Notes: a model not told the origin generated them from the sequence alone. A stretch of DNA of 64,000 bases from Candidatus Kaiserbacteria bacterium (GCA_016186705.1 JACPLB010000001.1:11106-75105), one strand, 5' to 3'. Shown: positions 34,651-43,504, numbered from the stretch's first letter. Numbers and translations: made by a program.

Positions 34651-36102
34651 TTATTTTTTGGTCAGTTCAGAACCTTCTTCCGTGTCTTTAATGTCGTATC
34701 CTTCTTTGGCGATTTTCTCCCGAAGGAGGTCCGCTGTCTTCCAATCCTTCTCTTCGCGCGCCGATTCGCGCTCTTTGACAAGCTCCTGCACTTCTCGGGG
34801 AGCTTCTTTAACCTCAACTTTCTTCGTCTCTCCGGCAAGCATCCTTTTCATCTGGCGGTGCGATTCTATGAAGCCGATACCTAATACGCGGTTCATGTCT
34901 AAAATCGTAGCGCGCTTGTCTCTTTTTTCTACAGCATTATCTTCAATGAGTTCAAAGAGAAGCGCAATAGCTTTCGGCGTATCAAGGTCGTCATTGACAA
35001 ATCTCTCAAACCGCTCCTGATATGACTTCACTACTACTCCATTGCTTGCGCCAAGGTCGAGAAATTGCTTGTGAAGCTTCACGAGAGCACTGTACGCTCC
35101 TTGAAGCGCCTCCCAGGTAAAGTTTAGCTGTGTGCGGTAGTGTCCCGTGAGGAGCCAGTAGCGGTACGCGAATGGAGGAAATCCGCGGTCGGCGAGGTGA
35201 TAGAGGTAAACAGTATTGCCGATAGATTTTGAAATCTTTTTTCCTTCAATGGTGAGAAACGCGCTGTGGAGCCAGTAATTTACGAACGGCTTTCCAGTGA
35301 GCGCTTCCGTCTGTGCGATTTCATTGTTGTGATGGACGGGGATATGATCCATTCCGCCGGTATGGATATCAAAATACTTGCCGAGATACTCTGTCGACAT
35401 CGCGCTGCATTCGATATGCCAACCGGGGAATCCGACGCCCCACGGGCTGTCCCATCCAAGTTTCTTTCCGGTTGAGGATTCTTCCGTTGAGAATTTCCAT
35501 AGTGCAAAGTCGCGCTCGTTGCGCTTACGTTTTCCTCCCTTAAGGCGCGAGACCCCGGTGTTCAGCTCTTTCGGCGTTCCTCCGAGCGCTCCGTATGTCT
35601 TAAACACTCCGGTGTCAAAGTACACGCCATCTTTGAGAATGTAGGCGTAGCCCTTTTCTTCAAGAGTTTTAATGAAAGCGATTTGCCCCTCAATGTGTTC
35701 ACTCGCTCGCGGAAAGGCGAGCGGCGTCTTGATGTTGAGGTCGCCTAGGTCCTTCTTGAACATCTTCGCGTACTTGGTTCCGACCTTTTTCATTTCCGCG
35801 AGTGTAACCGGCAATCCTTCCCGCCGGAGCGCGAGGAGCATTTTATCGTCGCCGGCATCCTCGTCCGAGGTGAGATGCCCGACGTCGGTAATATTGATAA
35901 CGTGCTTCACTGTGTAGCCGTTGTACTCAAGCGTCCTCCGGAGGATGTCGGAGAACACATACGGGCGGAGATTTCCTATATGGGCGCGGTCATACACCGT
36001 CGGCCCGCAACTGTACATACGAACGGAATCCGGCTTTATTGCCTGAAATTCGTCTTTCTTTTTTGAAAGCGTATTGAAGAGATACAGCGGAGAGCGTTTC
36101 AT
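34651..36102 (-). CDS. cysS: Cysteinyl-tRNA synthetase
   Basis: CGPTVYDRAHIGN (HIGH) and KMSKSIGN motifs; the start is the internal ATG (MKRSPLYLFNT). Confidence 0.9.
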   Translation of the reverse strand: MKRSPLYLFNTLSKKKDEFQAIKPDSVRMYSCGPTVYDRAHIGNLRPYVFSDILRRTLEYNGYTVKHVINITDVGHLTSDEDAGDDKMLLALRREGLPVTLAEMKKVGTKYAKMFKKDLGDLNIKTPLAFPRASEHIEGQIAFIKTLEEKGYAYILKDGVYFDTGVFKTYGALGGTPKELNTGVSRLKGGKRKRNERDFALWKFSTEESSTGKKLGWDSPWGVGFPGWHIECSAMSTEYLGKYFDIHTGGMDHIPVHHNNEIAQTEALTGKPFVNYWLHSAFLTIEGKKISKSIGNTVYLYHLADRGFPPFAYRYWLLTGHYRTQLNFTWEALQGAYSALVKLHKQFLDLGASNGVVVKSYQERFERFVNDDLDTPKAIALLFELIEDNAVEKRDKRATILDMNRVLGIGFIESHRQMKRMLAGETKKVEVKEAPREVQELVKERESAREEKDWKTADLLREKIAKEGYDIKDTEEGSELTKK

Positions 36103-36162
36103 ACGCGTCCCGCCGGCTCGTGTGCCTTGTTTAAACAGAGAAAGAAAGTGAAAGTCCATACA

Positions 36163-37086
36163 TTACAGCCATTCCTTGTACTTGAAAAACATGAAGAAAA
36201 ATACCATGGCGAGGAGCATGATGCCGATGATGATCCAGAAATCAAGGGGGTGTCCGACAATGGGGAGGTATTTCGTATTCATGCCGAAAATAGTCGCGAC
36301 GAGCGAAAGCGGAAAGGTAACGAACGCCATGATGGTGAGCACTTTCATAACCTCGTTTTGCTTGGTTGAAACGAGGGAGTTATTGGTCTGTCGGAGCTCG
36401 TCAAGCGTCTCGATGTGCGAAGAAACGCTGTTTTTAATGCGGAAGTATTCGCCCATGATTGACGAGAGATGGTAGCTGAATTTTTCCCCGAAGAATGTTT
36501 TTCCGGCGTCACTGAAAGAGCTTAGTATTTCATGGTGGGGAACGAGCGCCTGTCTTAGATTGAGCAAATTTCTGCTTACGTTTGACAGCGCGACGACCAT
36601 CTCTTTTTCTTTCCCTTCGAAGATATCCTCCTCAATAATTCCGAGCGAATCTCCTATGTACTCAAGCTCGTGCTCAAGCGACTTATAGAGCTTCCGCACC
36701 ATGTAAAAGAAGAGGTAACCCGCATGCCCGCCGATGTCGCTTCGGTCAAGCACTGAATTAACCTCGAACACTTTTGAGAACTTGTGAAGCGGGTCAACGC
36801 TGTCGTAGCGGGTTGTGATGAGAAAATCTTTCCCGATAATGAAATCAATTTCCTGATTGGGGCTTGCGCCGTGCGTATGGCGAAAAGCGGGGAAGTGAAG
36901 AATGAGGTAAATGAAGTTCGGATACGCGTCTACTCGCGGTTTGAGCGTGGGGAGAAGAAGTTCTTCCGCGACCAGAGGGTCAATGCTGTATTTCTCCATG
37001 AGCTCCCTCACTTCTTCGGTAGAGGGAGACTCGACGTCAACCCACGTCAGGTGCTTGTGTTTGTACACAGTTATCATACAAATCAT
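36163..37086 (-). CDS. corA: Magnesium/cobalt transporter CorA
   Basis: GMN motif (FGMNTKYLP) and two C-terminal TM helices. Confidence 0.85.
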   Translation of the reverse strand: MICMITVYKHKHLTWVDVESPSTEEVRELMEKYSIDPLVAEELLLPTLKPRVDAYPNFIYLILHFPAFRHTHGASPNQEIDFIIGKDFLITTRYDSVDPLHKFSKVFEVNSVLDRSDIGGHAGYLFFYMVRKLYKSLEHELEYIGDSLGIIEEDIFEGKEKEMVVALSNVSRNLLNLRQALVPHHEILSSFSDAGKTFFGEKFSYHLSSIMGEYFRIKNSVSSHIETLDELRQTNNSLVSTKQNEVMKVLTIMAFVTFPLSLVATIFGMNTKYLPIVGHPLDFWIIIGIMLLAMVFFFMFFKYKEWL

Positions 37087-37193
37087 TTTATACTACTCGT
37101 AACTAAATTCACAATATATCACTCGCGTATCCGTCTCAAAGATAAATTGACCGTCCGATATGATTTTGCGATAATGACTCGACATATATAAAT

Positions 37194-38438
37194 ATGCTTG
37201 CACCGCGCCACAACATCATTCTTATAATCGCCATTGCCGTGCTTCTTGTGGGGGCTTTCGCGCTTGGCATGTATGTCGACGGAACTCGGGAAGACGGAAC
37301 CTTTATTCCCGTTTTTGCCGGTGATTCAACAGTTAAAGTGCCGGATGTTGATTTCTCCCCCGTGTGGAAAGCGTGGAACGTCCTTGATGAAAAGTACGTC
37401 AGTGCGTCAAGCACCGATTCCACGGTCAGCAGCGAAGAGCGCGTATGGGGCATGATTCAAGGGCTTGCCGACTCTCTCGGCGATCCGTATACCGTTTTTT
37501 TGCCTCCGGCGGACGCGGAGGTATTTGAGGCGGACATCAGCGGGAATTTCGAAGGCGTCGGAATGGAAATAGCGACGCGAGATAACACTCTTACCGTTGT
37601 TTCGCCCCTTAAAGACACGCCGGCGTACAAAGCGGGGATTCAAAGCGGGGACAAGCTTATAGAAATCGACGGAAAAAAGACCGACACTCTTTCGGTGGAC
37701 CAGGCAGTGAAACTTATCCGCGGAGAACGCGGGACTGAAGTAGTCTTTACGATTGTGCGCGACAATGAAACGGAACCGCTCACAATTCCCGTTATTCGCG
37801 ATACTATCCAGATTCCGACCATTAGCATTGACAGTGAAGACGGCGCAGGGCTTCGGGCAGACGGGGTATTTGTCATTCAACTCTACAATTTTTCGGCAAT
37901 CTCCCAACACTTGTTTCGCGACGCGCTTCGGGAATTCGTACTTTCAGGTTCCGACAAGCTTGTTCTCGACCTCCGCGGGAACCCCGGAGGCTTTCTTGAA
38001 GCGGCAGTCGATATGGCGAGCTGGTTTTTGCCGGTCGGAAAAGTGGTCGTTGAAGAAAATTTCGGACAAAATGAGAAGCCAAAAGTGCATCGTAGCCGTG
38101 GGTACAACGTGTTTAATAAAAATTTGAAAATGACAGTTCTCGTAAATCGCGGGTCGGCGTCCGCCTCTGAAATTCTCGCGGCGGCGCTCCGCGAGCACGG
38201 TATTGCGACGCTTATCGGCGAGCGCACATTCGGCAAGGGGTCGGTGCAAGAGCTCGTAAGCATTACCGAGAATACCTCTCTCAAAGTGACAATCGCGCGA
38301 TGGCTTACGCCAAACGGTAATTCCATTTCCGATTTCGGGCTTGAACCGGATATCACAGTTGAACTTTCGGCGGAAGAAAAGGAAAAAGGGATTGATTCAC
38401 AACTTGAACGGGCGGCTGGATTTCTTACGTCTTTGTAG
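37194..38438 (+). CDS. ctpA: Carboxyl-terminal processing protease (S41) with PDZ domain
   Basis: PDZ region plus LDLRGNPGG and RGSASASEI catalytic motifs; signal anchor. Confidence 0.85.
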   Translation: MLAPRHNIILIIAIAVLLVGAFALGMYVDGTREDGTFIPVFAGDSTVKVPDVDFSPVWKAWNVLDEKYVSASSTDSTVSSEERVWGMIQGLADSLGDPYTVFLPPADAEVFEADISGNFEGVGMEIATRDNTLTVVSPLKDTPAYKAGIQSGDKLIEIDGKKTDTLSVDQAVKLIRGERGTEVVFTIVRDNETEPLTIPVIRDTIQIPTISIDSEDGAGLRADGVFVIQLYNFSAISQHLFRDALREFVLSGSDKLVLDLRGNPGGFLEAAVDMASWFLPVGKVVVEENFGQNEKPKVHRSRGYNVFNKNLKMTVLVNRGSASASEILAAALREHGIATLIGERTFGKGSVQELVSITENTSLKVTIARWLTPNGNSISDFGLEPDITVELSAEEKEKGIDSQLERAAGFLTSL

Positions 38439-38513
38439 TATAATAAAGCGTCCGCGAATGCTTCTGCAAGACAACAGAAGGGCTGTTATTAATGTTTTTA
38501 TCTCTCGTTTTCA

Positions 38514-38960
38514 ATGAAAGTCATACTACTGAGCGATGTGCGAGGGTCGGGAAAGAAATACGATATAAAAGACGTGTCCGATGGATACGCGATGAATTTT
38601 CTGCTTCCGAATAAGCTGGCTGACAGAGCAACGCCGAAACGGGTGAAAGAAATTGAGCGTATGAGGCAGGAAATGTCGGAAGAGACGCGTATTCAGGAAA
38701 ATTTACTTGAAAAAAACTTTGATGCGCTGAAAAGAATCCGGCTCGAAATGTCGGAGAAAGCAAATGAAAAAGGGGTCCTTTTTAAAGGCATTACGCCGGA
38801 TATACTCTCGAAAGAATTAAAGAAACAGGTTCGTGTCGAACTGCCTGCAAGCGCAATCGTATTAGAGAAACCTATTAAGGAGATTGGAGAATACACCGTT
38901 CTTGTCGTCGTGGGAGAGCACAAAACATCTTTTACTCTCGTTGTGTCCGGTACGAAATAA
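38514..38960 (+). CDS. rplI: 50S ribosomal protein L9
   Basis: MKVILLSDVRGSGKKYDIKDVSDGYAMNFLLP, the L9 N-terminus. Confidence 0.85.
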   Translation: MKVILLSDVRGSGKKYDIKDVSDGYAMNFLLPNKLADRATPKRVKEIERMRQEMSEETRIQENLLEKNFDALKRIRLEMSEKANEKGVLFKGITPDILSKELKKQVRVELPASAIVLEKPIKEIGEYTVLVVVGEHKTSFTLVVSGTK

Positions 38961-38966
38961 ACGGCG

Positions 38967-39239
38967 TCAGAGAATATCCACTGCCTTCTTCAGCCGTACC
39001 GCGCCGTCATAACCCGTTTTTCGGCGATTGCGAAAATACACTGTACCGTCTTTTAAGGCAAAAAGCGTATGGTCTTTTCCAAGCCCTACGTTCTTTCCGG
39101 GAAGCACTTGTGTGCCGCGCTGGCGAACGATAATAGAGCCGGTTTTCGCCTTCTCGCCGCTGTATAGTTTTATGCCAAGGTATTTTGGATTTGAATCGCG
39201 CAGGTTTTTCGCTGTTCCACCTGCTTTTTTATGCGCCAT
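38967..39239 (-). CDS. rpmA: 50S ribosomal protein L27
   Basis: [24 protein letters not shown]...SIIVRQRGT, the L27 signature. Confidence 0.9.
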   Translation of the reverse strand: MAHKKAGGTAKNLRDSNPKYLGIKLYSGEKAKTGSIIVRQRGTQVLPGKNVGLGKDHTLFALKDGTVYFRNRRKTGYDGAVRLKKAVDIL

Positions 39240-39245
39240 ATATTA

Positions 39246-39278
39246 GGTTTTAGCTTAAAGCTTTTAGCTTTCAGAGTA
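39246..39278 (-). repeat. AAGCT-heptad element copy directly upstream of the rpmA ATG (minus reading CTGAAAGCTAAAAGCTTTAAGCTAAAACC)
   Basis: Same orientation as rpmA, 6 nt from the start codon. Confidence 0.7.
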
Positions 39279-39341
39279 AAAGACAATAATAGACCGCTAC
39301 AGATTTTGTGAGACAACAATCTTTATCTTACAATAGACGGT

Positions 39342-39722
39342 ATGAGTATACGGGATGTATTCTTTAAAATCAAGGGGTTTTTCGCGTATCCGCCTATCGA
39401 TATTCTTGTCGTACTCATCATTATTCTTATTGGTTCTGCGGGGTTTGGACTCGGGCGTCTCTCGGCTCTTCAAGACAACGTCGTCCCCGTTACTGTCATA
39501 CAACAAGAAAGAAGTGCGCAGGCTTCAGTTAGTACTGCTAGTACTGCCATAACTGCGCCTTCAGACTCCGTGGTCGCTTCTAAAGTTGGCACTAAGTATC
39601 ATTTCCCATGGTGTCCGGGGGCGCAACAAATTTCTGAAAAAAATAAAATTACCTTTATCTCCGCTGAAGAAGCCCGAGCTTCGGGTTATACTCCCGCGGC
39701 AAATTGCAAAGGGCTTGAATAG
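39342..39722 (+). CDS. Membrane-anchored protein with a C-terminal Ada-like zinc-binding motif
   Basis: N-terminal TM; the C-terminus YHFPWCPGAQQISEKNKITFISAEEARASGYTPAANCKG resembles the Ada Zn-binding consensus YH.p.C.....i...N...F.s..eA...GyrPC..C. Confidence 0.45.
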   Translation: MSIRDVFFKIKGFFAYPPIDILVVLIIILIGSAGFGLGRLSALQDNVVPVTVIQQERSAQASVSTASTAITAPSDSVVASKVGTKYHFPWCPGAQQISEKNKITFISAEEARASGYTPAANCKGLE

Positions 39723-39754
39723 CTCCTGATTTAGAGCTTTTAGCTTTCAGGAGC
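39721..39754 (-). repeat. AAGCT-heptad element, inverted copy (AGCTCCTGATTTAGAGCTTTTAGCTTTCAGGAGC) overlapping the stop of 39342..39722
   Basis: Reverse complement of the heptad array. Confidence 0.65.
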
Positions 39755-39810
39755 AAAAAGAAAACCCGCCGGAGGGGGCGGGGGAGTGAGAGTTGCGGGA
39801 TATGTGGGGG

Positions 39811-40023
39811 TCAAGGCCGGGATTTTTTTGAGGAAGCGGGCGACTTGATTTGTCTTCCGAACCATATGAAGATTCCCCCGACAAGGTTCCTGATTTGCTT
39901 GAGGATCCACCGATTCAGCTTTCCGACAGCTTTTGGTCCGCCGAGAATCATAGCGAATCCGTTTGCCATGATGAGCGCGACCAAAAATATGCCGAATAAA
40001 CCGGTCCACGAAATTTGTTCCAT
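39811..40023 (-). CDS. Small membrane protein, TatA/E-like (low confidence)
   Basis: 71 aa from an internal ATG: an N-terminal TM then an amphipathic GGPKAVGKLNRWILKQIRN segment, loosely like TatA (FGPKKLPELGRSLGKAI). Confidence 0.3.
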   Translation of the reverse strand: MEQISWTGLFGIFLVALIMANGFAMILGGPKAVGKLNRWILKQIRNLVGGIFIWFGRQIKSPASSKKSRP

Positions 40024-40134
40024 GGAAAATCTCCTTATTTCCACGTTTCTACCTTCTTTAATTATATACCAAAAATAACAGTGTGTCAAGGTTACGCATT
40101 ACGGTGAAGTATGTAAAAAATTACTGTCTATTTG

Positions 40135-40167
40135 ACTGGAAGCTAGAAGCTAAAAGCTGTAAGCTAA
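40135..40167 (+). repeat. AAGCT-heptad element copy (ACTGGAAGCTAGAAGCTAAAAGCTGTAAGCTAA) 4 nt upstream of the ATG at 40172
   Basis: Differs from the 5564 copy at only 2 positions. Confidence 0.8.
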
Positions 40168-40171
40168 TGGG

Positions 40172-40777
40172 ATGATTGTTATAGACATTGAAGCGTCGGG
40201 GACCGAATACCATAAGCATTCAATCGTTTCGATTGGAGCGCTTGATTTTGATAATCCGACCAATCAATTTTACGACGAGTGCCGGATATGGGACGGGGCG
40301 CACATTATGGATGAGGCGCTTCTCGTCAACGGTTTTACGAAAGAAGAAATTACGGACGAAAATAAAAAACCCGAAGCGGAAATTGTTCGGGCCTTCCTCG
40401 CGTGGGCAGGGGACATTGAAGACAGAACACTTGCCGGACAGAACGTCTCTTTTGACCGCGATTTTCTCAAAGCAGCGGCGGAGCGGGCGCACCTTGACTG
40501 GACTCTGCCGCACCGCACTATAGACACGCATACGCTCGCGTGGATGCACATAGTAAAACACGGAGGAAAGCCGCCGATAGAGAATCATCGTTCTGCGCTG
40601 AATCTTGACGCTGTGTTAAACTACGTCGGCATTCCCGACGAGCCGACCCCGCACAATGCGCTCACGGGCGCGATGTCGCACGCCGAAATCATTTCACGAC
40701 TTTTATACGACAAGAAACTGCTTCCGGAATTTAATGCGCATGAGATTCCTTGGATTGAGGAGAAGGGGAGTATATAA
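40172..40777 (+). CDS. DEDDh 3'-5' exonuclease (DnaQ/oligoribonuclease-like)
   Basis: VIDIEASG (exo I), FDRDFL (exo II) and HNALTGAMSHAE (exo III, H-x4-D type). Confidence 0.7.
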   Translation: MIVIDIEASGTEYHKHSIVSIGALDFDNPTNQFYDECRIWDGAHIMDEALLVNGFTKEEITDENKKPEAEIVRAFLAWAGDIEDRTLAGQNVSFDRDFLKAAAERAHLDWTLPHRTIDTHTLAWMHIVKHGGKPPIENHRSALNLDAVLNYVGIPDEPTPHNALTGAMSHAEIISRLLYDKKLLPEFNAHEIPWIEEKGSI

Positions 40778-40786
40778 TCATGTCAC

Positions 40787-41488
40787 ATGAATCTATCTCA
40801 GAAAAAAGAAGGGGAGGCGCTTCGCTGTAAAATCAATCGAAAGAAATTCCCGCAGAACAGTCATGACGGGGAAATCGCCGAAAGGGTAGGGAGGATAGCG
40901 TCGGAGTTCACGCAAGGATTTGAAGTGCTCCAAAAATATGACCTTGCGGCGACCTTTTTCGGCTCCGCCCGTTGTTCTTTGGGAAGCGCTCTCTATGAGG
41001 ATGCTTCAAAGCTCGCGTATCGCCTCTCACGCACTGGATTTACGATTATCACGGGGGGCGCCGCCGGAGTCATGGAGGCGGCGAACAAAGGAGCTCACGA
41101 CGCCGGAGGGGATTCCGTCGGTCTTAATATAACGCTTCCGGAAGAGCAGTCGGGAAATGATTACACGACAGACCGCCACGATTTCCACTACTTTTTTACG
41201 AGAAAAGTCATGCTTACGTTCGCTTCTGAAGTGTATATTTATTTCCCCGGAGGGTTCGGGACACTCGATGAATTCTTTGAGATAGCAACCCTTATTCAGA
41301 CAAAGAAGATCGAACCCATTCCGATAATCCTCATAGGAGAGGAGTACTGGAGACCGCTTGTGAAGTGGATTGAAGAAGAGCTCCTTAAGAAACACAAGAC
41401 GGTCTCTAAAGAGGATACGCGCATCTATACTCTGGTTGATTCGGTTGACGAGGCGTATAATGAAATTGTCAAACAAGTGTGCGAATAG
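40787..41488 (+). CDS. LOG-family protein (TIGR00730, cytokinin riboside 5'-monophosphate phosphoribohydrolase-like)
   Basis: ITGGAAGVMEAANKGA and PGGFGTLDEFFE motifs. Confidence 0.75.
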   Translation: MNLSQKKEGEALRCKINRKKFPQNSHDGEIAERVGRIASEFTQGFEVLQKYDLAATFFGSARCSLGSALYEDASKLAYRLSRTGFTIITGGAAGVMEAANKGAHDAGGDSVGLNITLPEEQSGNDYTTDRHDFHYFFTRKVMLTFASEVYIYFPGGFGTLDEFFEIATLIQTKKIEPIPIILIGEEYWRPLVKWIEEELLKKHKTVSKEDTRIYTLVDSVDEAYNEIVKQVCE

Positions 41489-41489
41489 C

Positions 41490-41606
41490 ATGACGGCGTC
41501 TTTCAAACACAAGCGTTGGTATCATGACAAGCAAATACTGGCTCTTGTTACGGGCTTTATAAGCACGGTTTTGACCTCCATTAACCTCATACTCGGGATT
41601 ATTTAA
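41490..41606 (+). CDS. Possible 38-aa membrane peptide
   Basis: ATG 2 nt after the LOG stop; hydrophobic C-terminus. Weak. Confidence 0.15.
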   Translation: MTASFKHKRWYHDKQILALVTGFISTVLTSINLILGII

Positions 41607-41632
41607 AGGACTCTTGGAGTTATTGAGAGTCA

Positions 41633-41660
41633 TTGACAACTTCTATTAATATGTTAGAAT
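41633..41660 (+). promoter_or_regulatory. Sigma70-like promoter (TTGACA-16 nt-TAGAAT) upstream of the lysozyme-like gene
   Basis: Consensus -35 and a near-consensus -10 seen in the sequence. Confidence 0.35.
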
Positions 41661-41735
41661 GTATGAAATTCGGCATTGCCGAGTTTTTTGTTTTAACAGC
41701 CTAAGAATCGGCTTATTATATTCACCTTACTTATC

Positions 41736-42128
41736 TTGATGCTCGGACCCGCCACGGGTCAGGCGCCGCTCACTCCCGTAACTTCGAGGGACATAGTAAC
41801 GTCGCCGCGATACGTTGAGCAGTACGTACGCGCGTACTTCTCTGACATTCCCGCTCTTGCTCTTATTGCGGAATGCGAATCGCACTTTCGTCATTACGAT
41901 GAAAACGGTAACGTACTTCGCGGAACGAAGAATAAAAGCGACGTTGGGGTGATGCAAATCAACGAAGCGTACCATCTTGATGCCGCGCTTGAAATGAACG
42001 TAGACCTCTACGCGCTTGAAGGAAATCTTTCTTACGCGAGACATCTCTACGAAACAATGGGGCTTCAGCCATGGAAACATTCAAAAAAGTGCTGGTATCC
42101 TCAAACGCTTGCGTTCGCGCAGTTGTAA
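41736..42128 (+). CDS. Lysozyme-like / lytic transglycosylase (GH23-like) domain protein with no obvious signal peptide
   Basis: AECESHFRHYDENGN...DVGVMQINEAYH matches the CESGG...GLMQIN catalytic region of SLT/lysozyme-like folds. The N-terminus lacks a hydrophobic leader, so it may be truncated. Confidence 0.45.
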   Translation: MMLGPATGQAPLTPVTSRDIVTSPRYVEQYVRAYFSDIPALALIAECESHFRHYDENGNVLRGTKNKSDVGVMQINEAYHLDAALEMNVDLYALEGNLSYARHLYETMGLQPWKHSKKCWYPQTLAFAQL

Positions 42129-42160
42129 CACGAAAGCCGCTCCTGGAGCGGCTTTCGTGT
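42128..42160. terminator. Perfect bidirectional terminator (ACACGAAAGCCGCTCC-tgg-AGCGGCTTTCGTGT)
   Basis: 15-bp perfect stem between convergent genes. Confidence 0.7.
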
Positions 42161-42182
42161 TATTAAAGGGTGTAAGGGCGTT

Positions 42183-42578
42183 CTATTTCTCGATTGAGAA
42201 CTGTCCGGCGCCGAATCGCACCATGTAGAGGAGCGCGGCGACAATGCCCATGTTTTTAATAAAGAACATTTGTTGTACTTGGTCGGCAAAATTCGTGTGG
42301 AAGATAAAGGAGGCGGCGATGGTAAAGATTCCTAGTGCGAGCGCTCCCCAGAAGATTCGGTAACCAAGAATGACGGAAAGTCCACCGAGTATTTCAACAA
42401 CGATGGCGATAGTGATGGCAAGCTCCGGGGAGGGAAGTCCTGCCGATTGGGCAAATAAGACCATACCGGCAAATCCGGTGATTTTTTGTATGCCTCCCAT
42501 CAAAAACATTCCTCCGACAAGAACACGTGCGACAAGCGGCGCGAATGGCAGCAATGTATGCACAACATTATTATTCAT
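42183..42578 (-). CDS. DoxX-family membrane protein
   Basis: 4 TM; LVARVLVGGMFLMGGIQK, typical of DoxX; internal ATG start. Confidence 0.7.
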   Translation of the reverse strand: MNNNVVHTLLPFAPLVARVLVGGMFLMGGIQKITGFAGMVLFAQSAGLPSPELAITIAIVVEILGGLSVILGYRIFWGALALGIFTIAASFIFHTNFADQVQQMFFIKNMGIVAALLYMVRFGAGQFSIEK

Positions 42579-42769
42579 AGAAGTAACAATTTTTGTAATA
42601 AGCTGGTAATAATTGAAGTATAGCAGATTTATTGAAAGGGAAGAGGGAGAACGCAAGCTTATTGTGTATAGTTTAAAACATACTCAATGTCGCACAATAT
42701 ACCTTTCGCGACAGGCATAGTTAACATCTTTAAGTCACCTCTTAGATTTAGATTTTGTATACTTAAAGG

Positions 42770-42920
42770 TTGAGAGGCCTTTGGTAAGCCCGAGTGGGTT
42801 CGGGCGGAGGCCTTTCAACACATGCTTTCGAGGAAATGAAGCCCCTTAGAGCATGCTTAGCCCACCCAGGGCTACGCAAGAAACTTCCGGAGCTCTCCCC
42901 CAGGGAGCTCCGGCTTTTTC
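42770..42920 (+). ncRNA. Candidate structured small RNA 1, ending in a 9-bp hairpin (CCGGAGCTC/GAGCTCCGG) + CTTTTTC
   Basis: ORF-free and highly self-complementary (AGGCCT..GCCCGAGTGGGTTCGGGC..AGGCCT; CATGCT...AGCATG), with an intrinsic terminator. Class unidentified. Confidence 0.35.
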
Positions 42921-43075
42921 TTATTATTTCTCGTGTTGTGGTATGCTATGCGTATCCTGTTCATCTTCCCCAGGACAGGATACGCAACCTGAGAGAACCC
43001 CTCTCTCGGTCCCCAACTAACCCCGAACCCGGTGCACTTTCTTGGGTTTCTTGCACCGCGTTCGGGGTTTTTTCT
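42921..43075 (+). ncRNA. Candidate structured small RNA 2, ending in a 15-bp hairpin (CCCCGAACCCGGTGC/GCACCGCGTTCGGGG) + TTTTTT
   Basis: Internal hairpins (GCGTATCCTGT...ACAGGATACGC; GAGAGA-ACCC-CTCTCTC) plus a strong terminator. Confidence 0.35.
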
Positions 43076-43215
43076 TGACTTACGAGAGAACTCTTGCAAC
43101 AATTTTAAACGGAAGGTCTTTGAAGGTCTGAGTGGTTCAGACTGGGGACCTTTCGGCTAACTAGGTCCAAAGGGTTCACCCCCGGAGTCCAGAAGGGACT
43201 CCGGGTTCTATTTTT
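43076..43215 (+). ncRNA. Candidate structured small RNA 3, ending in a 10-bp hairpin (CCCGGAGTCC/GGACTCCGGG) + TTCTATTTTTT
   Basis: Hairpins GTCTGAGTGGTTCAGAC and GGACCTTTCGGCTAACTAGGTCC plus a terminator. Confidence 0.35.
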
Positions 43216-43285
43216 TGTTATCAATCTAAACAGCTCAACCCACGAGTACTCCGGATTGAGCCGTTTAGAAGAATACTATGACTTG

Positions 43286-43504
43286 TTACATCTGTCCTCC
43301 CGACGAACACTCCCGGCAATTTGATTTATGAGTGAAGAGTTCATAGACAGCAGCAAGGCCAATTATGATGTAGATGGTACGGGATACAGCGTCCGCGGAA
43401 CCTCCAAAGAGGTCTCCAATCTCCCACTGGAAAAGCCCGAGCGCGAGCCAGTTAAGACCTCCGACGACGAGAACGAGAAACGCAACCATGTGGACTGTTT
43501 TCAT
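43286..43504 (-). CDS. DUF378-family small membrane protein
   Basis: VVGGLNWLALGLF...RTIYIIIGLAAVYEL, the DUF378 signature. Confidence 0.7.
   Translation of the reverse strand: MKTVHMVAFLVLVVGGLNWLALGLFQWEIGDLFGGSADAVSRTIYIIIGLAAVYELFTHKSNCRECSSGGQM

Noticed and set aside
41663-41704. 13-codon mini-ORF (MKFGIAEFFVLTA) plus a weak hairpin, as an attenuator leader for the lysozyme-like gene
   Set aside because: The ATG lies only 3 nt from the putative -10, and the hairpin has a 5-bp stem. That is too speculative to annotate.
42794-43078. 94-aa plus-strand and 76-aa minus-strand ORFs inside the structured RNA gap
   Set aside because: Their translations are compositionally odd (P/R/S-rich). 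They span two intrinsic terminators and coincide with extensive hairpins, which fits ncRNA better.
42770-43215. Assignment of the structured gap to RNase P RNA, tmRNA, SRP RNA or 6S RNA
   Set aside because: I looked for conserved blocks from each: the RNase P P4 block (AGGAAAGUCCGGGCUCC), the tmRNA GGAUUCGAC and T-arm, and the SRP GGAAGCAGCC. None was found on either strand. The class is left open and needs a covariance-model scan.
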